From the NCBI GenBank assembly GCA_044892525.1, contig CM097887.1, positions 21,452,001-21,516,000 on the forward strand: a stretch of DNA of 64,000 bases. Direction: 5' to 3'. The position numbers and the translations under genes are program-made. Every line of letters begins with the position of its first letter. The stretch's first letter is position 1. Positions 25,801 to 40,800 of this stretch are shown here, piece by piece. The notes below the pieces were generated by a model. The model searched no databases and had not been told where the DNA came from. It was given only the letters and a program-made list of their open reading frames with translations. The DNA comes from Schmidtea polychroa. Lineage: Eukaryota.

Positions 25801-28800
25801 AAAAATTTTAACTCATCGCGCCATTTCCAGCGTAACCCAGAATACAATTGATGTCTTACCACTTGATACCCTCTGAGTGATCAGCGTTGGTATTTTATCG
25901 TATCAAGGGTTTGAGTACCAACAAAAAGTGAGCATGCTCCGCATACTATAATTGTCTAGTACTCCCATAGGTCCATGGACTTCCGATAGAAGGCCTGTGT
26001 CCGATTATGTCGGGTTCGGTTTTATTGTATCTGGGTTTACATCCGATATTTTGTGAAGGGTATGTTAATATTATTAGCCTGAGGATTCATTGCAAACTTA
26101 TTGGTCGAAATTGATTAGTAGTAAAAATCGATAATTTTAATTATTGAAAAAATTAAATCGATAATATGGATTACCCAGTTATAATTTCATCACGATAATA
26201 AAATTTGAATTCGTAACATAAGTTAGTTTGTAATTATTTTCAGAGGGTAGGGTGTTGATGATGCCATTAGCTAAATAATATAACTTGATAATAATAAGAT
26301 AAATTTATACGGGGTAGAGTAATGATGAGGATATACTTGGTATAGATAACATGATTTGAATATTATTTAAGTAGATAAGAATAAGTTTATATAACGTTAA
26401 TAGGACAAATCTAGTTGATAATAACAAATTGGCAAGGATATAAGTTAATTAGTGTGAATCATATAAGTTGGGTATAAGATAATTTGATAATAATGTAAGT
26501 TCAAAATATAAGGTTAATAAGATAAATTAAGTTAATTACATATAAGTTGATAATAATATAAGTGTTGGATGACTGGGGTCGACGAATTAAAGAATTCGAG
26601 GTGATAAAATGCTATAAGACCGGCCCAAACACATATCGGGTAAACATCTACGTATAGTCCGAACAATTCCAATAGCCAAGTCAAACAATCACGTCTCTAT
26701 CAATTCAAACAATCAATGTTCCATTCAACAGTGATTCATTCGTCGAAAAATACTCTATATATGTTGGGTTATTGGGTTGGTGATAAATTTAAATGTTACT
26801 CTAACTCCAAGCGTGTCTTTATACGATCCACAAATAATACTTGACAACAGAAATCTTTATTGATAATCACAAATAAACTTTCACTTTACACTGACAATCA
26901 ATTCAACACTCTGCTTGGTGACTATACTGTTAGGTTCGAGGAGTATGTAGTCGAACTAACACAAAAACGTTTTATCTGACTCCAAGTAATTAATTTGTGC
27001 GTGTAGGTAAATAAATAAATAAGATAATATGTTTTAAATATTTATTTAACGATAAAAAGTTAGTTACACGTTCGTTTATATATATTTTAACACGCTGCTT
27101 TCTATAAGTACAGAAAACGGTTATACAAACCGCCCTAAAGAGTATTACTAAGGATCAAGGCTGGCCCTAAATGCGCCAACAGCCCGATATAGGTGAACGG
27201 AAAAGAGATAGGGAAGTTTACCAAATATTACGCGATAGAGTCAACCCAGAAATTGGTTAACTCTTTTTCAAACAATTATTAATAGCGAAACAACACAAAA
27301 ATACGTGCTGACACTATGGTTTCCCTTATTTAAGTTTAATTTAATTTAAACAAATAAGCCTTTTATACAAATATTGATAATTATTTAGATAATGATAAAC
27401 TAACTAATTCAATCTTCTTCCCAAAATGGCTCCAAAGAATATTAAATTTAATTCACGAATAGTCAAAATTAATTCCTATTGATCGGTATATCCAATATCA
27501 CTTGGAATTCTCCAATCAGATTGAAGTTTTTGAATAAAGTAAAATTCCAAAATTGCATAATTAATTTTCTCTCGCTCGATGAACTTCTTACTACAGTTAA
27601 ATTCCTAAATTAGTTTTTTCCTTTTTTCAGAATCGAATTGATTTTTCCTATCTAAATTTAGCTACTGCGGTTTTCTTAAATTCGTCCGCTTATCTCAATT
27701 TTTCGTCCCTTCCATCTAATTTTTATCTACTATTTATATAAATTTATTTATTCTAATTCTATTAATAGTAATTGTTTAATTACTATTTTTATTATATATT
27801 TTTAAATAATTACTATTTTTGTTAGAAATCTATTTTTAGTAATTATTTATTACTATTTATATTTTAGTTCCAATTTTAGTAATTTTTAAATACTATTATA
27901 TTATAATTCTAATTTTAGTAATTAATTATTATTTAATTTCAAAACCTTTAATTCCGGTTCCTACTGAACCCCAACAATACCAAGCTTATTACAACAATCA
28001 GTGAGGAATAGCACTTGCGTATAACACCGGATTAAGAGATCACAAATTACTGATTGGTTTATCAACTGAGACATTGAGCTGGTTGTTTTTTTTACTTTCT
28101 TCACAAATTTATTCAAATACTCAAGTAACTTCTTTTCGTTTAATTTTTCAACTAATTCTTTTATTCAAATCTTCAGCAACAATTGTTCTTCACAATTATT
28201 TTCTTTACAATTCTTTTTCACAATAGTTTCTCCAACAACGTTTCCTCAGACGTTGTCTAATTTTTCTCTAATAATTTTATCTCTCAAATTTGTCTCTATA
28301 CTTGCCTCTCAAATTGTTTCACGAATTGTCTCTCAAATTGTCTGAATTTGTGTCCACCAGTTTCTGTTTATATAGTTATTTTATTTGTGGAACTGGCTAC
28401 AAATTCTGTTTTTAACTTTCGTTTTCCTCTACGTCAGCCTTATCTCTGACAGATATATAGATATATTTCCATTTTCCATTTTTGTTAAGCCGCCTTCTCC
28501 AGACAATTTCGCTATCTCTGACAAGCTGTCAAGCTATGGCTTTTCCACTTATTTTGTTTTTCTGGAATTTGGAATTCCACCTCTATTTGTACTTCTTAAT
28601 TAACAATGACGTTTGTTTTAATTTCTTGTTTGTTTCCTTTTATTTGATTTATCTTTCTCATTTTAATTTCTTTTTACTTCCGCTTTCTTTTCTGAGTTCC
28701 CATAGATCGTCCAGTTTGTCATGACGATCTTCCCAAAGGTAATTTATTTATTCATTATGTTATATATCATTTAGGTATCCTCAACATATATATTTATCTT

Positions 28801-31800
28801 AGACAATTACAAATATTTATGTGTTGGTTTTTTTGTAAATACTTTATATATCTTTATCGTAGATGAATATTTATGTTGTTGGTATTTTTGTAAACAATTT
28901 TATGAATTGTTTTGGTGTGTCCTTAATTATTTATTCTTTTATGTGTACATAATAATTTTCATAAAAATATATCTTAAAAACGGGGGAATTAATTAATTGT
29001 AATTATATAAATGGGGTTATTAATCAATTTAAAAAAATTAGCAGGTTTTAAAGATCAATAAAATATAATTAAATTTGAATTCAGAACATATGTTTTTTCA
29101 CACTTAAAAATAATTAGGAGTAAAACAATATGAAAATAACTAAGGTTATAGCAATATAATCACAATATAATTAAGGCTACTATAATACGTAAAAATAATA
29201 TAACAATATAATAATAATACTATATTAATATAGTAGAAATATAGTAAACAACTTCGAATGTCCTTAATATGATAAGAGAATAAAAGAAGTACAAAAAATA
29301 CGCGAATATATATAAATCGAGTAAATGGTCAACGAGACTATTTTAAAAATATTTCCATAATAGAGACAACTAAAAATATAAATTATTGGAAAAGTATTTT
29401 AGAGCGAATTGTTGAAGTAATTATTTTTTTGTCTTCGAGAGGATTGGCTTTTCGGGGCAGCAATGAAATTATTGGCAATAAAAGTAATGGAAATTATTTG
29501 GGATGTATAGAGTTACTAGCAAAATTCGATCCACTGTTACAGCAACATTTACTGGATTTTTAAAATAAAGGAAAAGGGACAGTATCATATTTGTCATCAG
29601 TAATTTGTGATGAATTTATTGAAATTCTAGGTAACAATGTTCGAAGCTCTATTATTGCAGAATTAAAGGAAGCCAAATATTTTTCTATCATAATTGACTC
29701 AATACCCGATATTTCACACTTAGATCAGCTCACAATTGTTGTTAGTTATGAGAACACTGTGGGAAATCTTGTAGAGATTTTTAAATTTTATTGAAAATGT
29801 CGGTCATAAAAGTGAAGAAATGGAAAAATGCGTAATAGGACTCTTAGAAAAATACGGAATTGATTTAGAAGATTGTAGGGGGCAATCTTATGATAATGCC
29901 TCTAATATGTCAGGAATTTATAGCGGACTTCAGGCACGAATAAAGTTAAAAAATAATTTGGCTATTTATGTACCATGTGCACCCCATTCCCTGAATTTAA
30001 TAGGTGAGTGTGCTGCAGAAAGTTGTTTGGAAGCCACGAAGTTATTTTTTTTCGTTCAGAGTATATATAATTTTTTCGTTGCTTCAACTGGCCGTTATGA
30101 AATATTGAAACATCGCTTATCTGTGAAATATAAGATGCCAAAATCACTGAGCAGCACTCGATATGAATATTTTAAGCATGCTCTTAATGATATATTTACA
30201 GATTTAACACAGAAATGTTCCACTAGAATTGAGGCAGAAGGTTTGGAAAAGCAGTTCAATTCTCTCGAAACTAGTTTTATGCTTTCATTTTGGAATGATA
30301 TTCTGGAAACCATGAATAAAATTAATGTTAGCCTCCAGAAAGTTGAAATTGAAATTGAAACAGTGGTTAAATTATACACTTCATTGGAAACATATATTGA
30401 AGAACGTCGAAATATAGATTCATTTAATTATTACAAAAAGAAAGGAGAAAATCTATCGGGTTGTTTTGAATTTAAAACTGCAGGAACTGTTAAAAGAAAA
30501 AAGCAGTTCGATGAAGGGACATCAGCCGACACACAATTTGATAAAAATAGTAATTTCCTTATAAATATTTTTTATGCAATTATTGATAAACTTTTGGCAG
30601 AAATAAAAAAACGGAAATCTGCATATGATCACATTACCACTAAATTTGGAATTTTAATGAATTTAAAACATTTCGACGAAATATGATACGAGAAAAAGCA
30701 ACTATTTTATATAAAGAATACCCAGATGATCTTGAAAATGGTCTAATCGAGGAATGTTTACATTTTAAACATGTAAATTTAATATCGTATAACTTAACAG
30801 CATTATCTAAATCTGAGCAAATTTTAAGAACAATAATTGAATCGCAAATTGAATGCACTTTTCCGAATATAACAACAGTTCTACGAATATATTTAAGTAT
30901 CACCTGTACAAATTGTAGCAGAGAAAGGTCGTTTTCAACTCTCAAGAGAATAAAAAATCATCTAAGATCATCTTTAGGACAATACAAATTAAATAATTTA
31001 AGTATTTTGTCAATAGAATCGGATGTCCTTGAGAAACTGGATCACAAGAAAATTATAGATATATTTGGTAAAATATAAATGCCGCAAGACATATTTAAAT
31101 TAAAAATTAATATTTAATTCACATACAGTAATACCCCGCACTTACGTACACTTTGGGATCGGAGCGTGTACCTAAAACAAAAATGTACGTAAAATGAATC
31201 TACTGCTTTTATTGATGAATAATATGTTTGAAATAAACTAAAACAATAAACATATAAATAAAAAGAAAAAGAAAAAGAGGGATATTATGCATGTAGTTTT
31301 ATACTTTTATTTTAGTGTACATAAAACGGGGTATTACTGTATTTATATAAATTTTTTGAATTTGGTTTTGCGTAAATACATATTTAAGTTTTGAATTTTT
31401 GAAAATAAAATTGAATTTTTATAATAAAAGTATGTAGGGGTGCAAAATTTTATTGGGCCCAGGGCGCTCAAACTTATTAATACGGCCATGTTAATATCCA
31501 CAATGAATTGTAAACACCACGTTGACGACAGTTAAGTAAACAACTAAATTACCAATAAAATAGACAATACTGATGATAATAACAACTAGAAAATTTGCGA
31601 ATAATGTTGATAACAAAACTGATTGACTGATTACTTCAGTCCTTCGACTACCTGGCGGAAAGGCTACTTGTGATTAATATCTTATCTTTTCAGAGAAATG
31701 TCCAAGTCAAACCCAACCGTAGCCAATCTCAAACCGTGCTTCTCGTGCGCGGACAAAAATGCAACTATTAAACAAGGGCATATAGATATAGGAGCGTCGA

Positions 31801-34800
31801 AAAAGAAAATCGATCATCTAGAGGGTACATGGTTTACTCCAGCCCAAATGAAAGAGGCCAATCGGAAAGTGTTAAGACTCGAGCACTGCCAGGATAGCAT
31901 CTTGGAAGAAAATCGAAATCTGCGCATCACCATCAAGTCGCAGTCCAAAGCTCTCCATCGGATATATACCGAATCCGAAATTAAGAAACGGGTCTCAGAA
32001 TGCCCGGTTCTCGATGAAACCAATGTGTTCCTGCACATCACATGCACAACGGTCTCTCGCATGTCACTAAATCTATCTGTACTAACGACGATGAAGAAGC
32101 TTCACGTCTCTCACCTGAAGTCATATACATTGGTTCCAGCAAGGCTCTTACTAAGACCAAAACTCCTACAATCCAGCCTTCGCTGGACACTAATCCACTC
32201 AGTACTATCAACTCTAACAGCCGGCCGAAGAGAAAACGTTTGATTCGTGCCGAGAAATCTAAGCGTCCGCAGAAGGCGTTTTATTTTCGGTCCCTCCAGT
32301 AGTTCCACCACTGATAGCTATGCCGACAGCGATGCAAATCCCTTCTTTCCGCATGATACCTGCGACTGCCACTCCCTGGCCCTATGATGATCAGCTAGTA
32401 GCGGACCTTGAACTTCTTCTCCAGGAGAGGGGTGATGTCTTTCCAGCTGACAATGCCACGGTGGAAATAGCATAGTTCTATGTAGACATGTTTCGCCACA
32501 ATCCTTGCGTTAGATTAGACGTGAACGACGATAGATGATTGCTAATAAATTTAGTGTTGTGGCGAATAGAATTTTGTTTTCTTTTAAGTTGTTATCGTAT
32601 AGTTTTTGTTGATTAATCTGCATGATGAGAGTTGATATTACCCTTCGGACCTAGGTTTGAATAATTCGTTGTATAAGTACTAATTCAGTTCATAAGGATG
32701 TAAGCCCTTCTATCGGTATTTCGTAACCCGTAAATGAGGAAGCTATGGAGAGTAGTTTTAACGCTCATCAAATATCCTCAGCTACTATGTGCAATACAAA
32801 CATGTTCGTCACCATGGGCACATGAGTAGTCAAAACAACAGTCACCTTAGTATCTAGGAAGGAGTCGGGTTGAGTCAGCCACAAATACCCCTACTTCCAT
32901 CTTATGAGCAAGACACACGCCTAGGCGCCAACAGTATTTTTAATATAATATCTTTATTTATGAATTTAGAAAAAATATTATTTATTCAGGAAATTTTAAG
33001 TGTTAACAAATGCTCACATAATGATTTTATGCATTCAACAAATCTTATGTAGGAACCATACGAAATTGATATGTCGAGCAAGAAACTTAAAGGGTTAGGA
33101 TGTTGTGTATGTATGTGTATAATCTTAGTAGATAGATGTGTGCACTCCCGATCCTATAGGAATCCTCGAATCTCAATTTTTTTTGATGGAATAGGGGAGG
33201 GGGGTACCTTTTTTAACAGGTAGAATTCAATTCCCTATAAGATGATTTGATTTTAAATTTTATATTTCGTTTTGTGTATGCAATACACATGTTTTCTTGA
33301 GTTTTTGCATTTTTCATCTAGTAAAAATAATTTCCTTGAGTTTTTACTGTAACAATGTAACGATGAAATTTATTTCTCTACAAATTAGTATGATAAAAAT
33401 TAAAAGTATTGGATTATTTTTTGTAATAAAATTTCTAGTTGAAATAATTTTATTGAGTTTTTAATGTAATGTCTATAAACTGGTTTGATCTAGAATTGAA
33501 AATGGTTGCAATAAATTATTACTTTGTTGCAATTCGATGATAAATCTATTTATTTGTTGCGATTCATGTCATTATTTTATTACTTTGTTTCAATATTTTT
33601 ATTATCTTGTTACATTTTGGATAAATATTTCATAACTTTGTGGAAATTTAACGAAATATGTTATTATTTTGTTGTAATTTAATGAAAAGTCACAATTTTT
33701 TGCAATATTTTTATTAATTTGTTGCCTTTCACCGAAATAATGTAATACTTTATTGCAATTTACTTACACTATTTTATTACTTTGTTGCAATACTTTTATT
33801 ATTTTGTTTTAATTTGATAAATATTTTATAACTTTGTAGAATTTTACCGAAGAATGTTATTACTTTGTTGTAATTTAATTAAAGATTTGATAATTGTGTT
33901 GTAATTTATTGTAAAATATTTATGAAATTGTTGCCATTCACCGAAATAGTTTCTTACTTTATTGCAACTTAATGAATACTTTATAACATTATTGTAATTT
34001 ATTGAAAGATTTCGCAATATTGTTGTGATTTATTGTAATATTTTTATTAATTTTATAACCATTAACTGAAATATATTATTTTGCTATAATAATATTTAGT
34101 GATTGATATAGTTTAAAATACTGCAAAATAAGTTATTATTTAAACTCATATGCAATAAAGATGCCATATCAATGCATGATTTCGATTGGTTGATATGTGC
34201 TTAACTTCTATCATTTGTATGTACGTATGTATGAAATAATATTAATGTGTGCGTCTGTATAAAATAATGTTAATATCAGCGTCTTTTTGTGTGTGAGTAT
34301 TACGTGAGTATTACACCAACATGTTGGTGTATTGTAAATATGTATGTATTAAAATATGTACATCTATTACACTAACATTTGTGTTACTTATTGATTCTAA
34401 AAACTTTCCTACTCCTTACTCGATTTTGATTGATTGACGTATGTGTAATTACTTGAAGAATAAGCAAATGCTTTAATTTTATTATAATTTATTGTATTTA
34501 ATAATTTTTCTTTTTTTAGTAAACCGATGCAATTTATATCAATTTGCGTAACTGAAATTCATAAAGATGTTAATTATTGCAAGTCTGCTACAACATCATA
34601 TTTCAAGATACATGATGATAGTTTATCGGGTTATGCATGTCCTGAAAGTCTCACCTTTACAGCGGGTTTTACGGCAATTTGGAGATATGAAGAGTAGTAT
34701 GATAGTGTTGGGCTAAACGGTTAGTGGCTGTGAACTGAGTAAACGAAGAAAAACAGAAAAATAATTAAGTTAACAACAAATAAATTAAGGACACAATAAT

Positions 34801-37800
34801 AACAAAATTTAGGAAATAATAAAAATGAAACCCAAAAATAAGGAAAAACGTAAATAAAAGTACGAAAATTTATTAGAATTTGAAGAAAAACTAGAAATAG
34901 GCCGTCACAAACCCAAAGACACCAAAAATAGGCGAAATAACGCAAAAATACAAGAAAAATAATAAAATAACTAAATAAAACAAAATAATACACAAGAAAA
35001 ACAATAGAAAATAAAGAATAAAGAAAAATAACCAAAAAAACAACCCGACTCATTTCTAATTGGTTAAAATTTATTATATAAGGCGGCCGCTAAGTCAGTT
35101 AGATAACTACTTCAAAATCAATTTAGGTAAGGACTTTTAATATAGAAAACTACTTCAAAATCAATTTAGGTACCAACTACTACCAAACCAAGCAACCATT
35201 TCGGAAATCACTAATTCAAAGAAAAATCTATCAGGAATCTATTATAATCGATAAATTTGAACCACACAAGGCTTATAGAACTATTCTATATTATTATATT
35301 AGCAAGCATCATTCAAGGATTCGTAGATCTCATCGAAGCTCTACTTACTGAATTACTAAACGAGAAAGGATTATTTAACCCCGAATTTCCTCTGTTCACT
35401 AGCAACTAATTGTTGAATTTCCAAGTAATTTAGTTGAATTTTATTTATGAAATTTGTTATATCTTCATGAATGGTTAATAATATTTAGAATTGTAAAAAT
35501 GTTATAACGAAAATATTATTTTATTAACAACCTGCCTTTCTCCTTCATGGAACCGGCGACGATGCCGTCTGAAAACCCCGAGTGTGATGAGTATGCAAAA
35601 TATTAGGCTTCACAATTATGATGTGAATTTCAACTATGCCATGACTTCGCATGCCAGATTTATGCAGTGAAGGGAGACGATATGAATTACGTGCTCAGAG
35701 TAGCCACCGGAATGGCTTAAAGATTAGTGTAGAAACATCAGTTATGACATCATACTCGGATTTCAAAGGGCATGGTCGCCGAGTAAATTTATTTCATTTA
35801 TTATTTAATCATTAAAAGTAGACAATTGATAACCACATGGAATGTTCTGTAACAATATTTATTTTTCATAACATTTATCTGATATTAGTATTTCGATTTT
35901 CATATTTCCTTATTATTACTAATAGCATAAATGCGGTGAACTCTGTCTATCAGGACGATCTAGAGAACAGTAGGTAGGGATACCGGTAGTATCTGGATGG
36001 TCCTGGTAAGCGGAGAAAACATGACTATATAATCCATCGAGGGCAATTACAAGTGTTTTCATCGAGAAGCAATAGAGGTCATTTTCGCGAAAGATTTTGT
36101 AACTCTAAACATCGTCAAATCTCATATGATTCTAGATTTTTTCTACTAGACAAATTCCAAGTGATCTAGGAAAATTCCGTTCGATAGAGTAGCTTCCGAC
36201 GCAGTTGTAGAGTTCACCTTCACTGAATTACGGAGAATTATCCATTTCTACTTCTTTGACCAGACAATCATTTTCCAATCGACTCGGAGAATTTGCATAA
36301 TTTACGACCGAAATATTTCCAACGTTTAGTAACAGTACGATTACGGTAATAGTCAAAACTCGATGTAGATTAAGATATACAGTTTTCTTACGATCGGAAA
36401 TAGCATCTCTGAATTCGCGAATCATCGCCAACGCTTCATTCACAAACGACAACGATTAAATTTTGCCGATAAACATCCGACTAGTAGAATCCCACCGCAC
36501 GACTGTAATGAGATTTTCACCAAACAAAGAAGATAATATAAACAAATTTGGACCAACGATCACTCGATTCGACTAAATCCGTCAGACTTGTTTATCCATA
36601 ATCATTATCCATAATCATCATAATGTAAACACTTGCAGTAAACTGGAATTAAGAGAATCTACTGGAAAAGCGCAAATATTTACACGTCGCCGAATGATAA
36701 GGCTCTGAGATGAATTTACAAAAATCAACTACACATCGGCAGATTGAAACGCTTGGCATAAATAATAAAAATGGTCGGCGAATAATACATCTACTATTGA
36801 AATAATTAAACTTAGAATCTCACATGAAAAATCTAGAATTAGTTATTATTATTTAGGTCTAACTATTTCTCTAAATAAGGAAATTAATACATTCAGTACA
36901 TAAAGACAATACAAATTTCACCTTAATCGAAATCCCAGCAAGATAATGATGACGAGTTTGATTCTGTTAATAAGTAAATTGACGGTATGAGGAGGGGAAC
37001 AGCCCTGAGGCTGAAATCCACCGAGCGGTCAGCGACTAGTCTTGTCTACCATAATATGTCGATTTAGTTTTTTTAACTACTTCATTTTCCAGAAATGTGT
37101 GATCCCAATCTGCCGCCGAAGGGACTTCAAACCTGTTTCCTTTGCGCGGATAAAAATGCCGATACCAGAAAACTACAAGAATATAAAGGCACGCTGAAGA
37201 AACGAATTGAGCATTACGAATGTAGATGGTTCTCTCCTCCCCAAATGAAGGAGGAGAAGACGAAGGTATTGCGGCTGGAGCACTGTCGAGACAGCCTCCT
37301 AAAAGAAAGCCGATTCCAACGGCTAACGATAAAAGCTCAGCCTGAAGCTTTGCATAAAGTCTACACCGAGACAGAGATTCAACGACGGGTGCGTGAGTAT
37401 CCCGATAAAGGACGGGACTAATGTATTCCCGGTTCATCATCGAGGAGACGAATTTCCACCAACAAAGACAGATTGTAGCAACCATGGAAATCATTTTCCA
37501 CCATTGAAGGATCCCATTCTATCCGGATCGAAAGAGTTAAACCAGGTATCTACTGATACCGCCACAACAGCCGCTGTATCCATATCCGGTTCTAATAGTA
37601 TCTCTCTCGTCTCGACGGCCAAGAAACGAAAGCGCCCATCGCGGGCCAAGAAAAATCTAAAACGAAGGGATGCGTTCGCGGTTCTAGAAGCATCCCTATT
37701 CGCTGCCCAAACCCATAAAGAACAAGCTCCAAGGATAACCGTATCCACTCCACAGGAGAATTTCTGCATAATTTCTACGAAAGCGTCCCGTTTGTGTAAT

Positions 37801-40800
37801 GATACTCAGCTTCAGGTGGACATCGACGCCCTGATAGCTGAGGGCGATATGATCTGATAAGTCAAAGCCAAATTCAACGAAACCAATTCCCTGTTCAAAG
37901 ATTTACCTTTCTAAACGTATGGTGTGACTGTATCCCGTCAATTTGTTAGATGATGAGGGTAGGCCCATCATTACATTTACCCTAGATAAATATTACAGAA
38001 TGGGGCCAAACAAATATAGAGTTAATGTGTTCGCTGAGGAACGGAAATAGGCAAAGCTCCAATGCTCAAACATACCCGCCAATCCAATTCCCAACAGTGC
38101 AATCCAATCCAATACAACCCGAAAAAACAATAATTATTCTTATCCTTTGTGATCCTATTAACAATGTATATATTTTATGTTTGACAATCATTATTTTATT
38201 GATTTTATTCATTTATTGTATATGTATATATTCTTACATTTATTGACTACATTTGGTTTATGGGTTAATTATTTTATATTGTGAATAAATTTTATCAACA
38301 AACTTAACATTATAATAAAAAGAAGGGGATTGAATAAAATTATTATATTATAAAACATTAATTATTATTATAAAAATATTAATTATTATTTAAAGTACAA
38401 TGTAGATTATACAAAAATATATTTAATTATGTTTTATCAGTAGAAAATTATACATTCCGTGCGTACAAGACGGAAATTAATATTTTAAAATTAATAGATA
38501 AAATAGATAATAACATCTGCTATAAGAATAGCAGGAAATAATAATTATAATAATTAAAAATGAATATAATATTCCGTGCGTATATGCCGGAAATTAAAAT
38601 ATTTTATTTTAACAGTATTAAAAAATAGTATATATACCACATCAAAATTCAGTAAATCTGCCCTAATTTTCTTAGGTTTTCCTGAATCTTAAAGAGGCAA
38701 TCTCTGCGAGATTTAAAAATAAGACAGCACAGAAAGTCTAACATATTTTGTTTACAATCAAAACATAACACGCACGATATACATTATAACTATACATAAC
38801 ACGCATCGTTGAATAGCGAATTATTGAGAAAGATCAAAGGATAAACTCTTGTAATTAAAAGGTTAATTTTATTTGTTAATAAATTTTGTTCAAACACTTT
38901 GTTTTTATTCAAATAATTATATAAGAACCAGCAAGTTGGGGTTTTAAAAAAGTGAGACCTCAACAAATTGATTTTTCAATAATTTTCTTACTTGTGATTC
39001 TTAAAGTATTTTGTGTTACTCAATAAAACTTATTGACGTCAAATTTATAAAGTTACGATGAATTATTTTAATGTATGTGTGAAATCCATAAGAATAATAA
39101 TGACCACGATTTGTTAAAGACGTCCCTTGGACCAGGACACCAGTCTGTGATTTGGAAACGAGGTAAGTCCTTCTATGGCACTCTTGAACCCGAACTGTGA
39201 ATTCTACCGGGAGAAGTTCTACCATGGGAGCTCACCTGCTGGTAGTTTCCGACCTGTGTATAAACTACCAACGTGTCACATCACCACGGGTATACATAAG
39301 GGGAGATGATTGCTAAGTCATGGAGATTACCCAAGCTAGTCTGTCTGAGCATGCGAATAATTTGTTTTTCTTTTTCCTCTTGGGTAACCAACAATAGCTA
39401 AGAGTAAGATTACTTATACTATAAACAATTAATAAATTTTGTTTTCCAGTACAATAAAACATGTCAAGACTACAAGATCTTAAGCAAATTGATGAATATG
39501 TTACAAGTAAAATTTTAATTATTTTAACATTGTTTAAACATTGTTTAACAAAATACTGGTTCAACTAAACGAAAGCATACCTCAAGCGAAAGTGGAGTAA
39601 TAAAAAAGGAAAATTATATCCGCCGGGAGTTTAATTAACAAGGTAGTCGCTTTGAGCTGACGAGTGATGTATCACAAGATACTTCGCAGGAAATAGTCGT
39701 ACCGGATAGCCTTATCAGAAAAATGAATGAAAATATTGAACAAATGGGAGTAGCTAAAGTTCAATTTAGACATTGTGCTGAATTAACCAAAGAAGATGGT
39801 GAACTCAAGCAATGGCGCTTGTCGAATAAAGCAGTGATAATGTACCCATCATTTATTGAAGATGGAATTGAGATTTTAAAGGAAAAGTTGGAGAAATACA
39901 CTCAACAAAGAGGTTACAATAATTGTAACTTAAATATCCAATATAATACAGGTATCTGGTAAGTTTTAAATATTATTATATATTATTAGGTTCAGGTTAC
40001 ATTAAAACTCAAAAATATCTAAACATGTGCCAAGCTTTAATTAATGTTCAATGATCAATTTTACCTTTTATATATCATATCTTAACCTCAATAGTTTTTA
40101 CCACGTTGTCTACCAGTATAAATTTCCAACTTGAACCCTGTGCTATTTCTTTTTTTATTTGTTCTATTATCTATTTTGTTCTGTATTATCTTTTTGCCAC
40201 TTATTATCTTCAGCTTTTTCCATCGTGTTGATTCTTCGGGTTTTCATTCTTTCCACTTTTCCGTCTTCGTGTGCCGATAAACATTGTGTGCATGTTCCAC
40301 ATGTACTCCATGACAACATATCTGCATTTGCATGATCAGTACCTTTTCTATACTCTATTTTAATATCCAGACTACTGAGGTAGTTAATCCATGTGTGAAA
40401 TTGCGTTGTTATTGGTTTCATTGTGGATAACATAAACGTGATAGCTTTATGGTCCGTTCTCAAAATGAACCGTTTTCCATATAAATAATGATTGAAGTGT
40501 TTACAAAAATAATAGATGGTCAGTAACTCTTTCCTTGTTATGCAATATCCCTTTTCATGATTGCTCATTGCATGAGAACCGTATGCTATAACCTTTTCGC
40601 ATCCGTTGTCGTTTTTCTGTGATAATACTGCTCCAATCGTGTCAAAACTCGCATCAGTATCCAGAATGAATTCTCTTTCGAAACCTGGAAATCCTAGAAT
40701 AGGTGAGGACACTAAAGCATTTTTCATATTTTTGAATGCGATGTTGCTTCCGTCAGTACAAATTAATTTTTTGTTGTTTAATCCGCATAGCTCTTCTAAA

